A stretch of 32,000 bases of DNA, taken from NCBI GenBank assembly GCA_964565945.1, contig CAZMGY010000011.1, positions 80,390 to 112,389 of the forward strand. Direction: 5' to 3'. Position 1 is the first letter of the stretch. Every line of letters starts with the position of its first letter. This document shows, piece after piece, positions 8,746 through 18,600 of this stretch. Below the pieces are notes generated by a model. That model had not been told where the DNA came from. It did no database searches and saw nothing but the letters and a program-made list of their open reading frames with translations. Origin of the DNA: an uncultured bacterium. Lineage in GTDB: Bacteria; GCA-001730085. The translations under genes and the position numbers were made by a program.

Positions 8746-9939
8746 ATGATCAGACAAAGACTTTTAAAAGACCAGATTTTATCCGATCGCGAACGCAAAA
8801 ACATTGCTATTTTAGAACTGATTGGGAAGAGTGGTCCTCTGACGAAAACGGACATTTCTAAAATCACTGAATTGAATATCGTGACCGTGTCGAATTACAT
8901 CAACAACTACATCAAAGCTGGCTTGATTGAAGAAAAAGGATTTGATGTTTCTTCGGGAGGACGCAAACCAGCTTTGGTGGATCTGAATTATAATTCAGGC
9001 TATGTGGTTGGTATTGGTGTGAGTCCACAATTCAATGAGATTGTGTGCGTCTTGATTGATTATGGGTCTCATTTGGTTAAAAAGAAAAGCTTGATTTGGG
9101 ATTCGAGCAATCGTTCGGGTGCTTTGATTGAAGAAATGGCTAACTTGTTGGATCAAGTGATTGCCGAATCTGGGGTTGAGGTTGATAAAATTAAGGGGAT
9201 TGGTGCCGCTTTGCCAGGGGTGCTTGATGAACGTGGAAACACGGTCAAATGGCCGAGTTCGGTTGGAGAAATGAACATTTCGATGTGCTTACCTGTTCGT
9301 TCGGTTTTGGAACGTCGCTTTCGTATGCCTATTTTTATTGAACGAAGTGATATTGTTGCTGTTTCGGGAGAACGTTGGATGAACCTAAGTTCCGATGTGC
9401 AAAATGTTTTATTTATGTATTCGGGCGTTGGTTGTGGTTATATCATTTGTGGTCAATTGTTTCGAGGAACTGGGGGAACCGCGGGTTCCTTGGGGATTGA
9501 TTTCGAAGATCAGACCAAGATCAGTGATTTGCGGCAAGACTATTTTGATTTAGGCATTTGTGATGATGTTTATCTCCGATTGAAAAATGGAGAAGAATCC
9601 ACTTTGTACAATGGGGAGCACCCGAAGTTAGAGGCTATTATACTGGCTGCTCAAAATGGGGATCGTGTGTGTGTGGAGGTGATTCAAGATGCGGGTGTGC
9701 GTTTAGGGCAAAAGGTGGCATTTTTAGTTAACTTGCTCAATCCCGAGGTTGTCGTTATTGGAGGGGGTATCGAAGATGCGGGACCGATCTTTTTGGATTC
9801 TGTGCGTAAGTCTGTTAAGAAACATGCCGTCGAAGAAGTTTCTAATGTGCTTAAAGTGATTCCCTCGACCTTAGGAGATGAACTTTTGGCTCTGGGAGCA
9901 GCGAGTGTGGTGATTCAGGAGCTTTTTGCTCAAGTTTAA
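8746..9939 (+). CDS. ROK-family transcriptional regulator-like protein (wHTH plus sugar-kinase fold, degenerate ROK motifs)
   Basis: The 397-aa ORF has an N-terminal winged-helix region (RKNIAILELIGKSGPLTKTDISKITELNIVTVSNYINNYIKAGLIEEKG....GGRKPALV), typical of NagC/Mlc/XylR-type ROK repressors. An ASKHA-fold body follows (GIGVSP, GIGAALPGVLD, GVGCGYIICGQLFRGTGGTAGSLG, VVIGGG). The RBS aggggag is present. Confidence 0.75.
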   Translation: MIRQRLLKDQILSDRERKNIAILELIGKSGPLTKTDISKITELNIVTVSNYINNYIKAGLIEEKGFDVSSGGRKPALVDLNYNSGYVVGIGVSPQFNEIVCVLIDYGSHLVKKKSLIWDSSNRSGALIEEMANLLDQVIAESGVEVDKIKGIGAALPGVLDERGNTVKWPSSVGEMNISMCLPVRSVLERRFRMPIFIERSDIVAVSGERWMNLSSDVQNVLFMYSGVGCGYIICGQLFRGTGGTAGSLGIDFEDQTKISDLRQDYFDLGICDDVYLRLKNGEESTLYNGEHPKLEAIILAAQNGDRVCVEVIQDAGVRLGQKVAFLVNLLNPEVVVIGGGIEDAGPIFLDSVRKSVKKHAVEEVSNVLKVIPSTLGDELLALGAASVVIQELFAQV

Positions 9940-10085
9940 TTTTTTGTGGTATCTCGTGGCCCTTATCTGCGGGAGCTTTTTTTATTCTTATCATTTTGTA
10001 GTTTGCTTGACAAAAAGCATAGCGATGGCCTAACCTTAAAACCTTGATCGTGTTTTTATCAGCTTTGAAGGATGGATCGCGTCGT

Positions 10086-11516
10086 ATGCTACACGGCTAC
10101 AAAAATGTTCATTTTGTTGGAATTGGTGGCCTTGGGATGAGTGGCCTGGCCGAAATTTTGTTAAGCCTGGGTTACCAGGTGACTGGTTCTGATCTTGTTG
10201 CGACGGATATCACCAGGCGTTTAGCGCTTTTGGGTGCCAGTGTGTATGTGGGGCATCAAGCGAGCCATGTGGCTGAAGATGTTGACTTATTGGTGTATTC
10301 CGCAGCGGTTGATGCGACTAATCTTGAGCGTGTGGTCGCCCAAGAACGCGGTATTCCAAGCATTGTACGTGGCGAGCTATTGGCCGATATTACCCGGCTG
10401 AAGCAACATGTGGTAGCTGTGGCGGGGTCTCATGGCAAAACGACCACGACAAGCATGATTGCCGATGTTTTATGGGCGTTCGATGTGGAGTCGACAGTGA
10501 TTGTTGGTGGAGTCTTGCAGCGTCAAGGTTCGTGCGCCAAGTGGGGGCGTGGAGATATTTTGGTGTCCGAAACAGATGAGCATGATGGATCCTTTTTAAA
10601 GTTAGCCCCCACTATAGCCGTGGTGACTAACATAGATTTTGAACACGTCGAATATTATGAAAATCTTGAAGCTTTAAAAGACGATTTTGTGTTATTTATG
10701 AACAAAGTTCCGTTTTATGGTTTCACCGTTCTGTGTTTGGATGATCCCGCACTTAAAAGTTTGCAACATCGTTTAAGTTGCCGTTGCTTGACTTATGGTT
10801 GGGATGCTGAGGCCGATCTTTATGCTCAAAATGTAGAGTTTTCGAATAATTTTCAAAATCCTTGGGCCAGGTTTGATGTTTATAATACCAGTCCTCGGTT
10901 GGGAGCTATCGGACATTGGGGGCGTGTCGAACTCAAAACCTTAGGCCGTCATAATGTTCTTAATGCTTTAGCTGCGCTGGCGACAGGCGTGGGTTTTGGC
11001 TTGGCCTTTGATCTGTGCGTGCGTGGCTTAAAAAATTTCACAGGGATTCAACGTCGCATGGGGATTTATCCTCTCCATCAGGGATATACGCTAATTGAAG
11101 ACTATGCGCATCATCCTACGGAGATTCGGGCGACCTTAGAAAGTGTTGAGTCTCCAGAGGGGGGGCGTCGAATTGTGGTGTTTCAGCCTCATTTATACAG
11201 TCGCACAGCCCATTTTGCCGAAGAATTTGCGACAGAGCTGTGTAAGGTGGACCAGGTGATCGTGTTGCCGATTTATCCTGCCCGCGAAGAACCTATTGAG
11301 GGTGTGAATGCCTTTTTATTAGCTGAACTCATGCAAAAGAAGGGTTTTCGCCATGTGACGGTTTTGGACGACAAAACACAGACTTTAGATGTCTTGGCAT
11401 CGATGGCGAAGAAAGGAGACGTGGTGTTTGTGTTGGGAGCGGGTGATATCTACAAAGTGGCGGAGGATTTGAAACATGAAACATTATCGCAAAGAGATTT
11501 GGTTGAACACAGTTAA
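10086..11516 (+). CDS. murC: UDP-N-acetylmuramate--L-alanine ligase
   Basis: Motifs present are [29 protein letters not shown], the Mur ligase P-loop [22 protein letters not shown] and the C-terminal LGAGDI. The ORF track starts at TTG 10044. ATG 10086 ([15 protein letters not shown]) fits the family N-terminus better. Confidence 0.9.
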   Translation: MLHGYKNVHFVGIGGLGMSGLAEILLSLGYQVTGSDLVATDITRRLALLGASVYVGHQASHVAEDVDLLVYSAAVDATNLERVVAQERGIPSIVRGELLADITRLKQHVVAVAGSHGKTTTTSMIADVLWAFDVESTVIVGGVLQRQGSCAKWGRGDILVSETDEHDGSFLKLAPTIAVVTNIDFEHVEYYENLEALKDDFVLFMNKVPFYGFTVLCLDDPALKSLQHRLSCRCLTYGWDAEADLYAQNVEFSNNFQNPWARFDVYNTSPRLGAIGHWGRVELKTLGRHNVLNALAALATGVGFGLAFDLCVRGLKNFTGIQRRMGIYPLHQGYTLIEDYAHHPTEIRATLESVESPEGGRRIVVFQPHLYSRTAHFAEEFATELCKVDQVIVLPIYPAREEPIEGVNAFLLAELMQKKGFRHVTVLDDKTQTLDVLASMAKKGDVVFVLGAGDIYKVAEDLKHETLSQRDLVEHS

Positions 11517-11892
11517 GCGTTATGAGATTGTGCATTTGACCTCGCAAGTGAACGAAGTGTTGCGGGAAAGTGGGATTAAGGAAGGTCTGTGTTTGGTCAA
11601 TGCGATGCATATCACGTCGAGTGTGTTTATTAACGACAACGAGTCGGGTTTGCATCAAGATTATTTGGAGTGGCTTGAAGGTTTAGCCCCTTATGATGTG
11701 GATAAATATGCACATCATCGCACTGGTGAAGATAATGGGGATGCTCATTTGAAGCGAACAATTATGGGACGTGAAGTTGTTGTTGCGATCACTCAAGGGC
11801 AGTTGGACTTTGGTCCGTGGGAAGAGATTTTCTATGGCGAGTTTGATGGTTGTCGGCGCAAACGTGTTTTGATAAAGATTATTGGCGAATGA
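11476..11892 (+). CDS. yjbQ: YjbQ/UPF0047 family protein (secondary thiamine-phosphate synthase-like)
   Basis: The 138-aa ORF has the family pattern ...[18 protein letters not shown]...[16 protein letters not shown]...WLE.LAP......H...[10 protein letters not shown]......EV.V.I..G.L.FG.W. It overlaps the murC 3' end by 41 nt. Confidence 0.8.
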   Translation: MKHYRKEIWLNTVKRYEIVHLTSQVNEVLRESGIKEGLCLVNAMHITSSVFINDNESGLHQDYLEWLEGLAPYDVDKYAHHRTGEDNGDAHLKRTIMGREVVVAITQGQLDFGPWEEIFYGEFDGCRRKRVLIKIIGE

Positions 11893-12290
11893 GGATGAGT
11901 TTGCGTCGTAAGGCCAATAAAAAAACGGGTGATGCTGGTGAGCGATTGGCTGCGGATTACCTGCGAAATAATGGTTATCGTATTCTCGAAACCAATTACC
12001 AGACCTCGTTGGGCGAAATTGATCTGATTGCACGTCAAGAACTCACCTTAGTGTTTACTGAAGTTAAAACACGTCGCTCTCAAGAATGGGGTGATCCTTT
12101 TACTGCGGTCACGGTGGTTAAGCAGCAAAAAATTATTCAAGTGGCCCTGCATTATTTACAAGATCAAGAGCCTGCATACGATACATTGCGCTTTGATGTG
12201 GTGTCGATTGTTTGGTTGTCTGGCCAAGAGCCTCAGCTACAACATATTCCCGAAGCATTTGATGCTTCGGTTAGTTTGTACCTCTTTTAG
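11889..12290 (+). CDS. yraN: YraN/UPF0102 family endonuclease-like protein
   Basis: The sequence [36 protein letters not shown]....LVFTEVKTR is the YraN signature. The in-frame ATG at 11889 forms an ATGA overlap with the yjbQ stop. It is preferred over the track start at 11850, which lies inside yjbQ. Confidence 0.8.
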   Translation: MRMSLRRKANKKTGDAGERLAADYLRNNGYRILETNYQTSLGEIDLIARQELTLVFTEVKTRRSQEWGDPFTAVTVVKQQKIIQVALHYLQDQEPAYDTLRFDVVSIVWLSGQEPQLQHIPEAFDASVSLYLF

Positions 12291-12326
12291 TGTGTTAAGA
12301 TGGGCTTTTAGTTTGGAGTACAAAAT

Positions 12327-13014
12327 ATGAATATCGAAGAAGCTTTTAAGGCATTGCCCAGTGCCTCGGATCTAATGGGATTGGCGGTTAAGCATAAGAA
12401 AGTTTACCAAAATGGCAAATCTTTTCCTCATATGTACTTTGATGATTTTTTGTCCGAAGAGCTTTTGTTGAAAGTCTTGGATGAATTTCCTAGAGCTGAT
12501 GGTTTTCAAAATTGGCGTCAGTTTCAAAATGCTTTGGAGTAACAAGCAACAAGTCAAAGGCAAGGTTCCGACGGGGCCTTACACGCGCTTTGTGTTGCAT
12601 TATTTGAACTCGGAACCTTTTTTGGATTTTCTGAGTAAACTAACTGGGATCGAGCACTTAATTCCCGATCCTTATTTCGAAGGAGGTGGCTTACATCAGA
12701 GTTGTTCGGGGGGGGAGGGGTAAAGATACATGTTGATTTTAACAAGCACCCGCGTTATCAGCTTGATCGTCGACTTAATGTTCTTTTGTACCTTAACCGA
12801 GATTGGCCCGAAAGTTATGGGGGCTATTTCGAAGTTTGGGAGGGGATTAAAAATGAATGTGCGGCCAAAATTGCTCCTGTGTTTAATTGTCTTACTCAAC
12901 CTTATTTCACTTAAGACCTCAAGAACAAGAGACGCTAAAATCGAATCATCGGAGGTATCAATGGAGGAGGAAAGCGCGCAATGTTCTAAGAAAGTTGTGC
13001 TGCTAGAAGTATGA
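12327..13014 (+). pseudogene. 2OG-Fe(II) oxygenase (prolyl-hydroxylase-like) gene disrupted by at least three frame changes
   Basis: Family-typical blocks are spread over several frames. Frame A gives FPHMYFDDFLSEELLLKVLDEFP...WRQFQNALE*. Frame B gives NKQQVKG...LNSEPFLDFLSKLTGIEHLIPDPYFEGGGLHQSCSGGEG*. Frame A resumes with GGGGVKIHVDFNKHPRYQLDRRLNVLLYLNRDWPESYGGYFEVW...PVFN, and a premature stop follows at 12912-12914. The B-to-A shift lies in a G8-A-G4 tract at 12708-12720. Confidence 0.7.
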
Positions 13015-13062
13015 TTGAGTCGCGACATCGAGGTTAGGTCATTAAAAAGTGAAGAGAAAACA

Positions 13063-14211
13063 ATGAAAATAGCGATCAATGTTTTAGGCTTATCCACCGT
13101 AATTGCTGGTGCTGAGCGTTACTGTAAAACGATTATTCAAGATCTCACTCGTATGGACCAAGACAATGAGTATATCTTGATTTTGTCTAAGCATAATGTG
13201 TCCACCTATGGTGTCAAACAGGACAATGTTACTAATTTGATCTGTCCAATCAATACTAACAAAAAGTGGCGACGCGTTCTTTATGAACAGTATCAATTGC
13301 CGCGCTTGTTGCGCAAAAGGGGTGTGAATGTCTTGTTTTCACCATGCAACATTTCGCCGAGTTCAAAGCATTTTCGTAAGGTGACCATGATTTTTGATAT
13401 GCATTTCTTTGTCGAAAATAAACACTTGTCCCCAATACGCTTGGCATATATTCGTTGTAAAATTTTGCACTCAGCTAAGGTGGCGGAGCATATTTTGACC
13501 ATTTCTGAGCATTCAAAGCAAGACATTGTTACGTATGCCAAAGTTCCCGAAGGTAAAATTACCGTGACCTTTTTAGGCCCAACGCCTTTGTTTTCAGTTA
13601 AAGATCAGGTGAAGGCTCATTCGATGATTGAGCACATCAAGCAAGAGCAGCAAATTAAAAAGCCTTATGTGTTGTTTATTGGTCAACTGCTGTATCGCAA
13701 AAATGTGGAACTCGTGATTCAAGCTATGCACGGTCTTAAACAAGATGGTCGAGAGTTGCCCTTTCAGTTTGTGGTGGCTGGCAACTGGGATACTCATTGG
13801 AAGTCGTACCGTGTGATTGTCGATTTGATTACCAAGATGGATCTCAAAGATGATGTTGTTTTTGTTAATCATCCTTCGGATCGCGTTTTGGGTGATTTAC
13901 TCTATCATGCGTGGGTGTTTGTTTATCCTTCTTTGTATGAGGGTTTTGGTTTACCAGTGGTGGAAGCCTTGCACTATGGGGTTCCCACCATTACGTCCAA
14001 TGTGTCGTCTTTGCCCGAAGTGGGTTTGGATGCCTGTTACTATGTCGATCCGCGATCGGTGAAAGATATGAAAGAAGCTTTATGGAAGGTCTGGCATGAT
14101 GAGGGATTGAGAAGCCAAATGATTCGCAAAGGAGAACGTCGTATTGAGATTTTGGATTGGGAGGCATCGGTGTGCAAAACGCATGATATTTTAACAGGAG
14201 GGACACGATGA
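13063..14211 (+). CDS. glycosyltransferase, GT-B fold (family 4/1-like)
   Basis: The C-terminal domain has the signature YPSLYEGFGLPVVEALHYGVPTITSNVSSLPEV (the E-x7-E region). The N-terminus MKIAINVLGL is typical. The ATG at 13063 is preferred over the track's TTG at 13015. Confidence 0.85.
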   Translation: MKIAINVLGLSTVIAGAERYCKTIIQDLTRMDQDNEYILILSKHNVSTYGVKQDNVTNLICPINTNKKWRRVLYEQYQLPRLLRKRGVNVLFSPCNISPSSKHFRKVTMIFDMHFFVENKHLSPIRLAYIRCKILHSAKVAEHILTISEHSKQDIVTYAKVPEGKITVTFLGPTPLFSVKDQVKAHSMIEHIKQEQQIKKPYVLFIGQLLYRKNVELVIQAMHGLKQDGRELPFQFVVAGNWDTHWKSYRVIVDLITKMDLKDDVVFVNHPSDRVLGDLLYHAWVFVYPSLYEGFGLPVVEALHYGVPTITSNVSSLPEVGLDACYYVDPRSVKDMKEALWKVWHDEGLRSQMIRKGERRIEILDWEASVCKTHDILTGGTR

Positions 14212-14960
14212 AATTGCAAAAAATCGTACGTTGGTTGAATCAAGAGTTGGCGTTAGCCGATTTCGAAGATATATCGCTCAATGGTCTTCAACTTGGCGAC
14301 TTAGATGCCGATGTGGCCAAGGTTGCATGTGCGGTTGATTCGGGACTGGCCGTGTTTGAACAAGCGGTGGCTCAAAATGCTCAGATGTTGTTTGTTCACC
14401 ATGGCTTATTTTGGGGTAAACCTTTGGCGATTCAGGGTGGCCATTACGATCGTGTTAAATACCTTATCGATAACCATTTGGCTCTCTATGCGGCTCATTT
14501 GCCGTTAGATGCCCATCCTACTGTTGGTAACAATACCGGGCTTGCTAAGGCTTTAAGCTTAACTGATGTAAAGCCTTTTGGAGCGTATGGTGGTCAAATG
14601 ATTGGTTGCAAAGGTCTGTTGCCTAAAGCCTTGTCGCTCAGTGAAGTCCAAAAACAATTAGAGCTAAGTGACCAAACATCGCTGAGGTGGGAGTTTGGCG
14701 AAGGGGGTGTTCGGTCTGTGGCGATCATTTCGGGAGATGCTCCCAACGAAGTACGTCAAGCGATGGTTGAGGAGGTTGATTTGTATATCACTGGAGAGTC
14801 CTCGCATGCCTTGTATCACGAGTGCCAAGAGGCGAGGATGAGTGTTCTTTTTGCTGGGCATTATCAAACTGAAACTTACGGACCGCGCTTGATGGGGCAA
14901 AAAATAGAGCAAGACTTAGGCTTAGAAGTTGTATTTGTCGATGTTCCGACGTATTTGTAA
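14208..14960 (+). CDS. NIF3-family dinuclear metal centre protein (GTP cyclohydrolase 1 type 2 homologue)
   Basis: The 250-aa ORF has the motifs DISLNGLQ, FVHHGLFW, LYAAHLPLDAHP..GNN, YITGE and AGHY.TE, as in the YbgI/NIF3 family. Its ATG forms an ATGA overlap with the glycosyltransferase stop. Confidence 0.85.
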   Translation: MKLQKIVRWLNQELALADFEDISLNGLQLGDLDADVAKVACAVDSGLAVFEQAVAQNAQMLFVHHGLFWGKPLAIQGGHYDRVKYLIDNHLALYAAHLPLDAHPTVGNNTGLAKALSLTDVKPFGAYGGQMIGCKGLLPKALSLSEVQKQLELSDQTSLRWEFGEGGVRSVAIISGDAPNEVRQAMVEEVDLYITGESSHALYHECQEARMSVLFAGHYQTETYGPRLMGQKIEQDLGLEVVFVDVPTYL

Positions 14961-14976
14961 AAAATGAGAAATACAG

Positions 14977-15003
14977 CACTGTTTATTATACAATAGTGTT
15001 TTT
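14977..15003 (+). terminator. putative intrinsic terminator after the NIF3 gene
   Basis: The stem pairs cactgtt (14977-14983) with aatagtg (14992-14998), 7 bp including one G-U pair, around an 8-nt loop. TTTTT follows. The stem is short and AU-rich, so the call is weak. Confidence 0.35.
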
Positions 15004-15025
15004 GACAAAAGTGAGGTAGGAAACT

Positions 15026-17542
15026 ATGAGTAGCAACTATTGTTTTGATACCATCGAGGTCAAATGGCAGAATTATTGGGATGAGCAAGCTTTGTTCAAA
15101 GTCGATGAACAGCAGAGCGACAATAGCTATTATTGTTTGATGATGTTTCCTTATCCTTCGGAGGCCTTGCATGTGGGCCATGGTCGCAATTACATCATTG
15201 GAGATGTGTTGGTTCGCTACAAAATGATGCATGGTCTGAATGTTCTCACACCGATGGGCTTTGATGCCTTTGGTTTACCAGCCGAAAATGCGGCGATTAA
15301 GCACAATATTCACCCGAGCGAATACACCCAAATCAATATTGATAACATGAAGCGCCAATTGCGTTCATGGGGGGTTGGCTACGATTGGGATCGTGAAGTG
15401 GTTTCGTGCAAGCCTGATTATTACAAATGGACCCAGTGGCTGTTCATTCAAATGTACAAGAAAGGTTTGGCGTTTAAGAAAAAGGCTGAAGTCAATTGGT
15501 GCCCTTCGTGTGCCACTGTGTTGGCTAACGAACAGGTAGTTGATGGGGCCTGTGAACGTTGTGATAGTGTGGTGGATCTTAAATATTTAGAGCAATGGTT
15601 TTTTAAGATCACCGATTATGCTGAGCGATTGGTCGATGATTTGGACAAACTGTCGCATTGGCCAGAACGAGTGAAAACGATGCAATCCAATTGGATTGGT
15701 CGCAGTTATGGCACGCGAGTTGATTTTACCTTGGAGTCCTCGGGGGAAACTTTGCCAGTGTTCACCACGCGTCCCGATACTTTGTACGGCGTGACCTATA
15801 TGGTTTTGGCGGTGGAACATCCTTGGATTACTGATTTGGTGCGAGGTAGTGAACAGGAAGCCGATGTGATGGCCTTTGTGAACCGGATTAAAAAACAAGA
15901 TCGCATCAAGCGGACCTCGGATGATACGCCTAAAGAAGGTGTGTTTACGGGTCATTATGTGATCAATCCTGTCAATGGTGAGCGAGTTTCTCTGTGGGTG
16001 GGTAATTACGTCCTTATGGATTATGGCACAGGTGCTGTGATGGCTGTTCCGACCCATGACACGCGGGACTTTGTGTTTGCCAAGCAGTATGACTTGCCCT
16101 TAAAAGTGGTAATTCAGCCCCAAGATGAGGATCTTAATCCCGCCGAAATGGACGATTCTTATGTTGATCCTGGTGTGATGGTCCATTCGGAAGAGTTTGA
16201 TGGTTTATCCAATGAAGAAGCTAAGCAAAAAATCATCGACAAACTTGTGGCTGAAAACAAAGGGGAAGCCACAGTGACTTACCGTTTGCGCGATTGGCTC
16301 ATTTCACGTCAGCGTTATTGGGGGGCTCCGATTCCAATGATCTATTGCAATAGCTGTGGAGCGGTGCCTGTTCCCGAAGATCATTTGCCAGTTTTACTGC
16401 CCGACAATGTAGAATTTAAAGCTGAAGGGGAATCGCCTTTGGCTCTTGTGGATGAGTTTGTGGACACTCCGTGTCCGAAGTGTGGTGCTGATGCGAAACG
16501 CGAAATCGACACCATGGATACGTTTGTTGATTCCAGTTGGTACTTTTTGCGTTACTTGTCTCCTAAGAATAGTGAGAACATTTTTGATAACGAGGTGGTC
16601 AATCAATGGTTACCAGTGGATCAATACATCGGCGGGGTTGAACATGCCATTTTGCATCTGCTTTACGCGCGTTTTATCACCAAAGTGATTCATGATTTAG
16701 ATTTGATTGATTTTGAAGAGCCGTTTGATCATTTGTTTACGCAAGGGATGATTGTCAAAGATGGAGCTAAAATGTCTAAATCTAAGGGCAATGTGGTCAA
16801 TCCAGATGCTTTGATCCGAAAGTATGGAGCCGACACCCAGCGGTTGTACATTTTGTTTATGGGACCTCCCGAAAAAGATGTCGAGTGGAATGATAACGGC
16901 ATTGAAGGGGCTCATCGCTTCTTGAAGCGTGTTTGGCGTTTTGTCCAAGATGAGCTTTTGTTAGTGAAATCGGTTCTTAATAACGTCATCCCGTGGCTTG
17001 ACTGCGGGAGTCCTAGTCTTTTTCAAAATATCGAACTCGGCAAAAACGACAAAGTGATTCGGCGCAAAGTGCATAGCACCATTAAGAAGGTGACCTACGA
17101 TATGGAAGGTAACTTTCATTTCAATACGGCGATTAGTGCTTGCATGGAGTTAGTGAATGAGCTTCATCTGTACAGGCAAGACGATTCCGCCTTGCGAGGG
17201 CCAGTTGTCTCCGAGGCTGTTGATGCCCTTGTGCGTTTGTTAGCGCCGTTTGTGCCGCATTTGTCCGAAGAGTTATGGCAACAGTTGGGCCATTCCGAGA
17301 GTGTTTTCACTACTTCGTGGCCGACGTTTGAAGAAGAGTTAACGCAAGCTGACGAAGTCGAGCTAGTAATTCAGATCAACGGAAAGGTGCGAGGCAAAGT
17401 GCTATTGCCTCTTGGTTTGGATGACGAAGAGCTCAAGGAAGTAGCTCTCAATCACGAGAAAGTGGTGCCGCACATCGAAGGTAAAACCATTCGCAAGGTG
17501 ATTCCGATTCAAGGTAAACTTGTGAATATTGTTGTCTCTTGA
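15026..17542 (+). CDS. leuS: leucyl-tRNA synthetase
   Basis: The 838-aa ORF has a HIGH-type motif (LHVGHGRNY), KMSKSKGN, the CP1 editing-domain block TTRPDT.YG.TY and the zinc-module cysteines (CPSC...CERC). Confidence 0.95.
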   Translation: MSSNYCFDTIEVKWQNYWDEQALFKVDEQQSDNSYYCLMMFPYPSEALHVGHGRNYIIGDVLVRYKMMHGLNVLTPMGFDAFGLPAENAAIKHNIHPSEYTQINIDNMKRQLRSWGVGYDWDREVVSCKPDYYKWTQWLFIQMYKKGLAFKKKAEVNWCPSCATVLANEQVVDGACERCDSVVDLKYLEQWFFKITDYAERLVDDLDKLSHWPERVKTMQSNWIGRSYGTRVDFTLESSGETLPVFTTRPDTLYGVTYMVLAVEHPWITDLVRGSEQEADVMAFVNRIKKQDRIKRTSDDTPKEGVFTGHYVINPVNGERVSLWVGNYVLMDYGTGAVMAVPTHDTRDFVFAKQYDLPLKVVIQPQDEDLNPAEMDDSYVDPGVMVHSEEFDGLSNEEAKQKIIDKLVAENKGEATVTYRLRDWLISRQRYWGAPIPMIYCNSCGAVPVPEDHLPVLLPDNVEFKAEGESPLALVDEFVDTPCPKCGADAKREIDTMDTFVDSSWYFLRYLSPKNSENIFDNEVVNQWLPVDQYIGGVEHAILHLLYARFITKVIHDLDLIDFEEPFDHLFTQGMIVKDGAKMSKSKGNVVNPDALIRKYGADTQRLYILFMGPPEKDVEWNDNGIEGAHRFLKRVWRFVQDELLLVKSVLNNVIPWLDCGSPSLFQNIELGKNDKVIRRKVHSTIKKVTYDMEGNFHFNTAISACMELVNELHLYRQDDSALRGPVVSEAVDALVRLLAPFVPHLSEELWQQLGHSESVFTTSWPTFEEELTQADEVELVIQINGKVRGKVLLPLGLDDEELKEVALNHEKVVPHIEGKTIRKVIPIQGKLVNIVVS

Positions 17543-17589
17543 TTTTTAATCTTGATTTAAGGCCACTTGAATGTAAGATTTGTGATAGA

Positions 17590-18600
17590 ATGGCGACTAT
17601 GTTAGACCAATTAGATCAACTCAAACAGCAAGCATTAACAGAACTTGAAGGTATCATTGATGCTCAGGCAGCAGAGTTTTTTCGTGTTAAATATTTGGGC
17701 AAAAAGGGAGAATTAACCTCTTTGCTCAAAAATATGGATTCGGTGTCGGACGAAGATCGTCCTAAGGTTGGACAACTGGGAAATGAAATCAAAACTCTAT
17801 TGACCCAAGAAGTTAAAAAACGTTTGGGGGCCAAATCGAAAAAAAACAAAGGTCCGCAAATTGATATGACCTTACCAGGGACTCACTTGAGTCCAGGGCG
17901 TCAGCATCCAGTGACCACGGTGATGCAAGAGTGTATTCAGGTCTTTCGCACGATGGGCTTTTCGATCGAGACGGGGCCTGATATTGAAACCGATTTTTAC
18001 AATTTCGAAGCGCTTAACATTCCTGGAGATCATCCAGCGCGTGATATGCACGATACCTTTTATCTGACAGATCATACTTTGTTGCGCACCCACACCTCGC
18101 CGGTGCAAATACGTACCATGGAGAACACGGCACCACCTTTGCGCATGATTGCTCCGGGTAAGGTTTATCGTCGCGATTCCGATGTAACGCATTTGCCTAT
18201 GTTTCATCAGATTGAAGGTTTGTTGGTGGATAAAAATATTTCTTTTTCCGATCTTAAGGGTGTGTTGAGCATGTTTTTGCAGGCGGTGTTTGGCGAAGGC
18301 ACGGGCGTGCGCTTTCGGCCCAGTTATTTTCCTTTCACCGAACCCAGTGCTGAGATTGATATTTTCTGTGTGACTTGCAAAGGCAAAGGTTGTCGTATTT
18401 GTTCGCACACGGGTTGGCTCGAAATTGCAGGGGCAGGTATGGTTGATCCCGAAGTGTTTAAAGCGGTGGACTATAACACCGATGAATGGACTGGATTTGC
18501 TTTTGGTTTGGGCATTGAGCGCATTGCAATGCTTAAACTAGGCATCACTGATATTCGCTTGTTTTACGAAAATGATTTACGTTTCTTGGAGCAGTTTTAA
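17590..18600 (+). CDS. pheS: phenylalanyl-tRNA synthetase alpha subunit
   Basis: Class II motifs are present: HPARDMHDTFY, LRTHTSPVQIR, GKVYRRD, FRPSYFPFTEPSAE and GFAFGLGIERIAMLK. ATG 17590 (MATMLDQLDQLK) is preferred to the track's upstream alternative start at 17539. Confidence 0.9.
   Translation: MATMLDQLDQLKQQALTELEGIIDAQAAEFFRVKYLGKKGELTSLLKNMDSVSDEDRPKVGQLGNEIKTLLTQEVKKRLGAKSKKNKGPQIDMTLPGTHLSPGRQHPVTTVMQECIQVFRTMGFSIETGPDIETDFYNFEALNIPGDHPARDMHDTFYLTDHTLLRTHTSPVQIRTMENTAPPLRMIAPGKVYRRDSDVTHLPMFHQIEGLLVDKNISFSDLKGVLSMFLQAVFGEGTGVRFRPSYFPFTEPSAEIDIFCVTCKGKGCRICSHTGWLEIAGAGMVDPEVFKAVDYNTDEWTGFAFGLGIERIAMLKLGITDIRLFYENDLRFLEQF

Noticed and set aside
9951-9983. Possible extra copies of the palindromic repeat at 9951-9980 (tcgtgg...tat..gc) and 30579-30600 (gcgatccctaagatcttatt), and a possible terminator after the ROK gene
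   Set aside because: Only about half the positions match the repeat. The stem preceding the T7 run at 9977-9983 needs mismatches or bulges. The evidence is too weak to call either a repeat copy or a terminator.
12091-12330. 79-aa ORF overlapping yraN, and the small ORFs at 12372-12563 (-), 12554-12745 (-), 12696-13097 (-) and 12730-13014 (+)
   Set aside because: The first is an out-of-frame overlap with yraN. The others are frames or antisense readings of the decayed 2OG-oxygenase gene and not independent genes.
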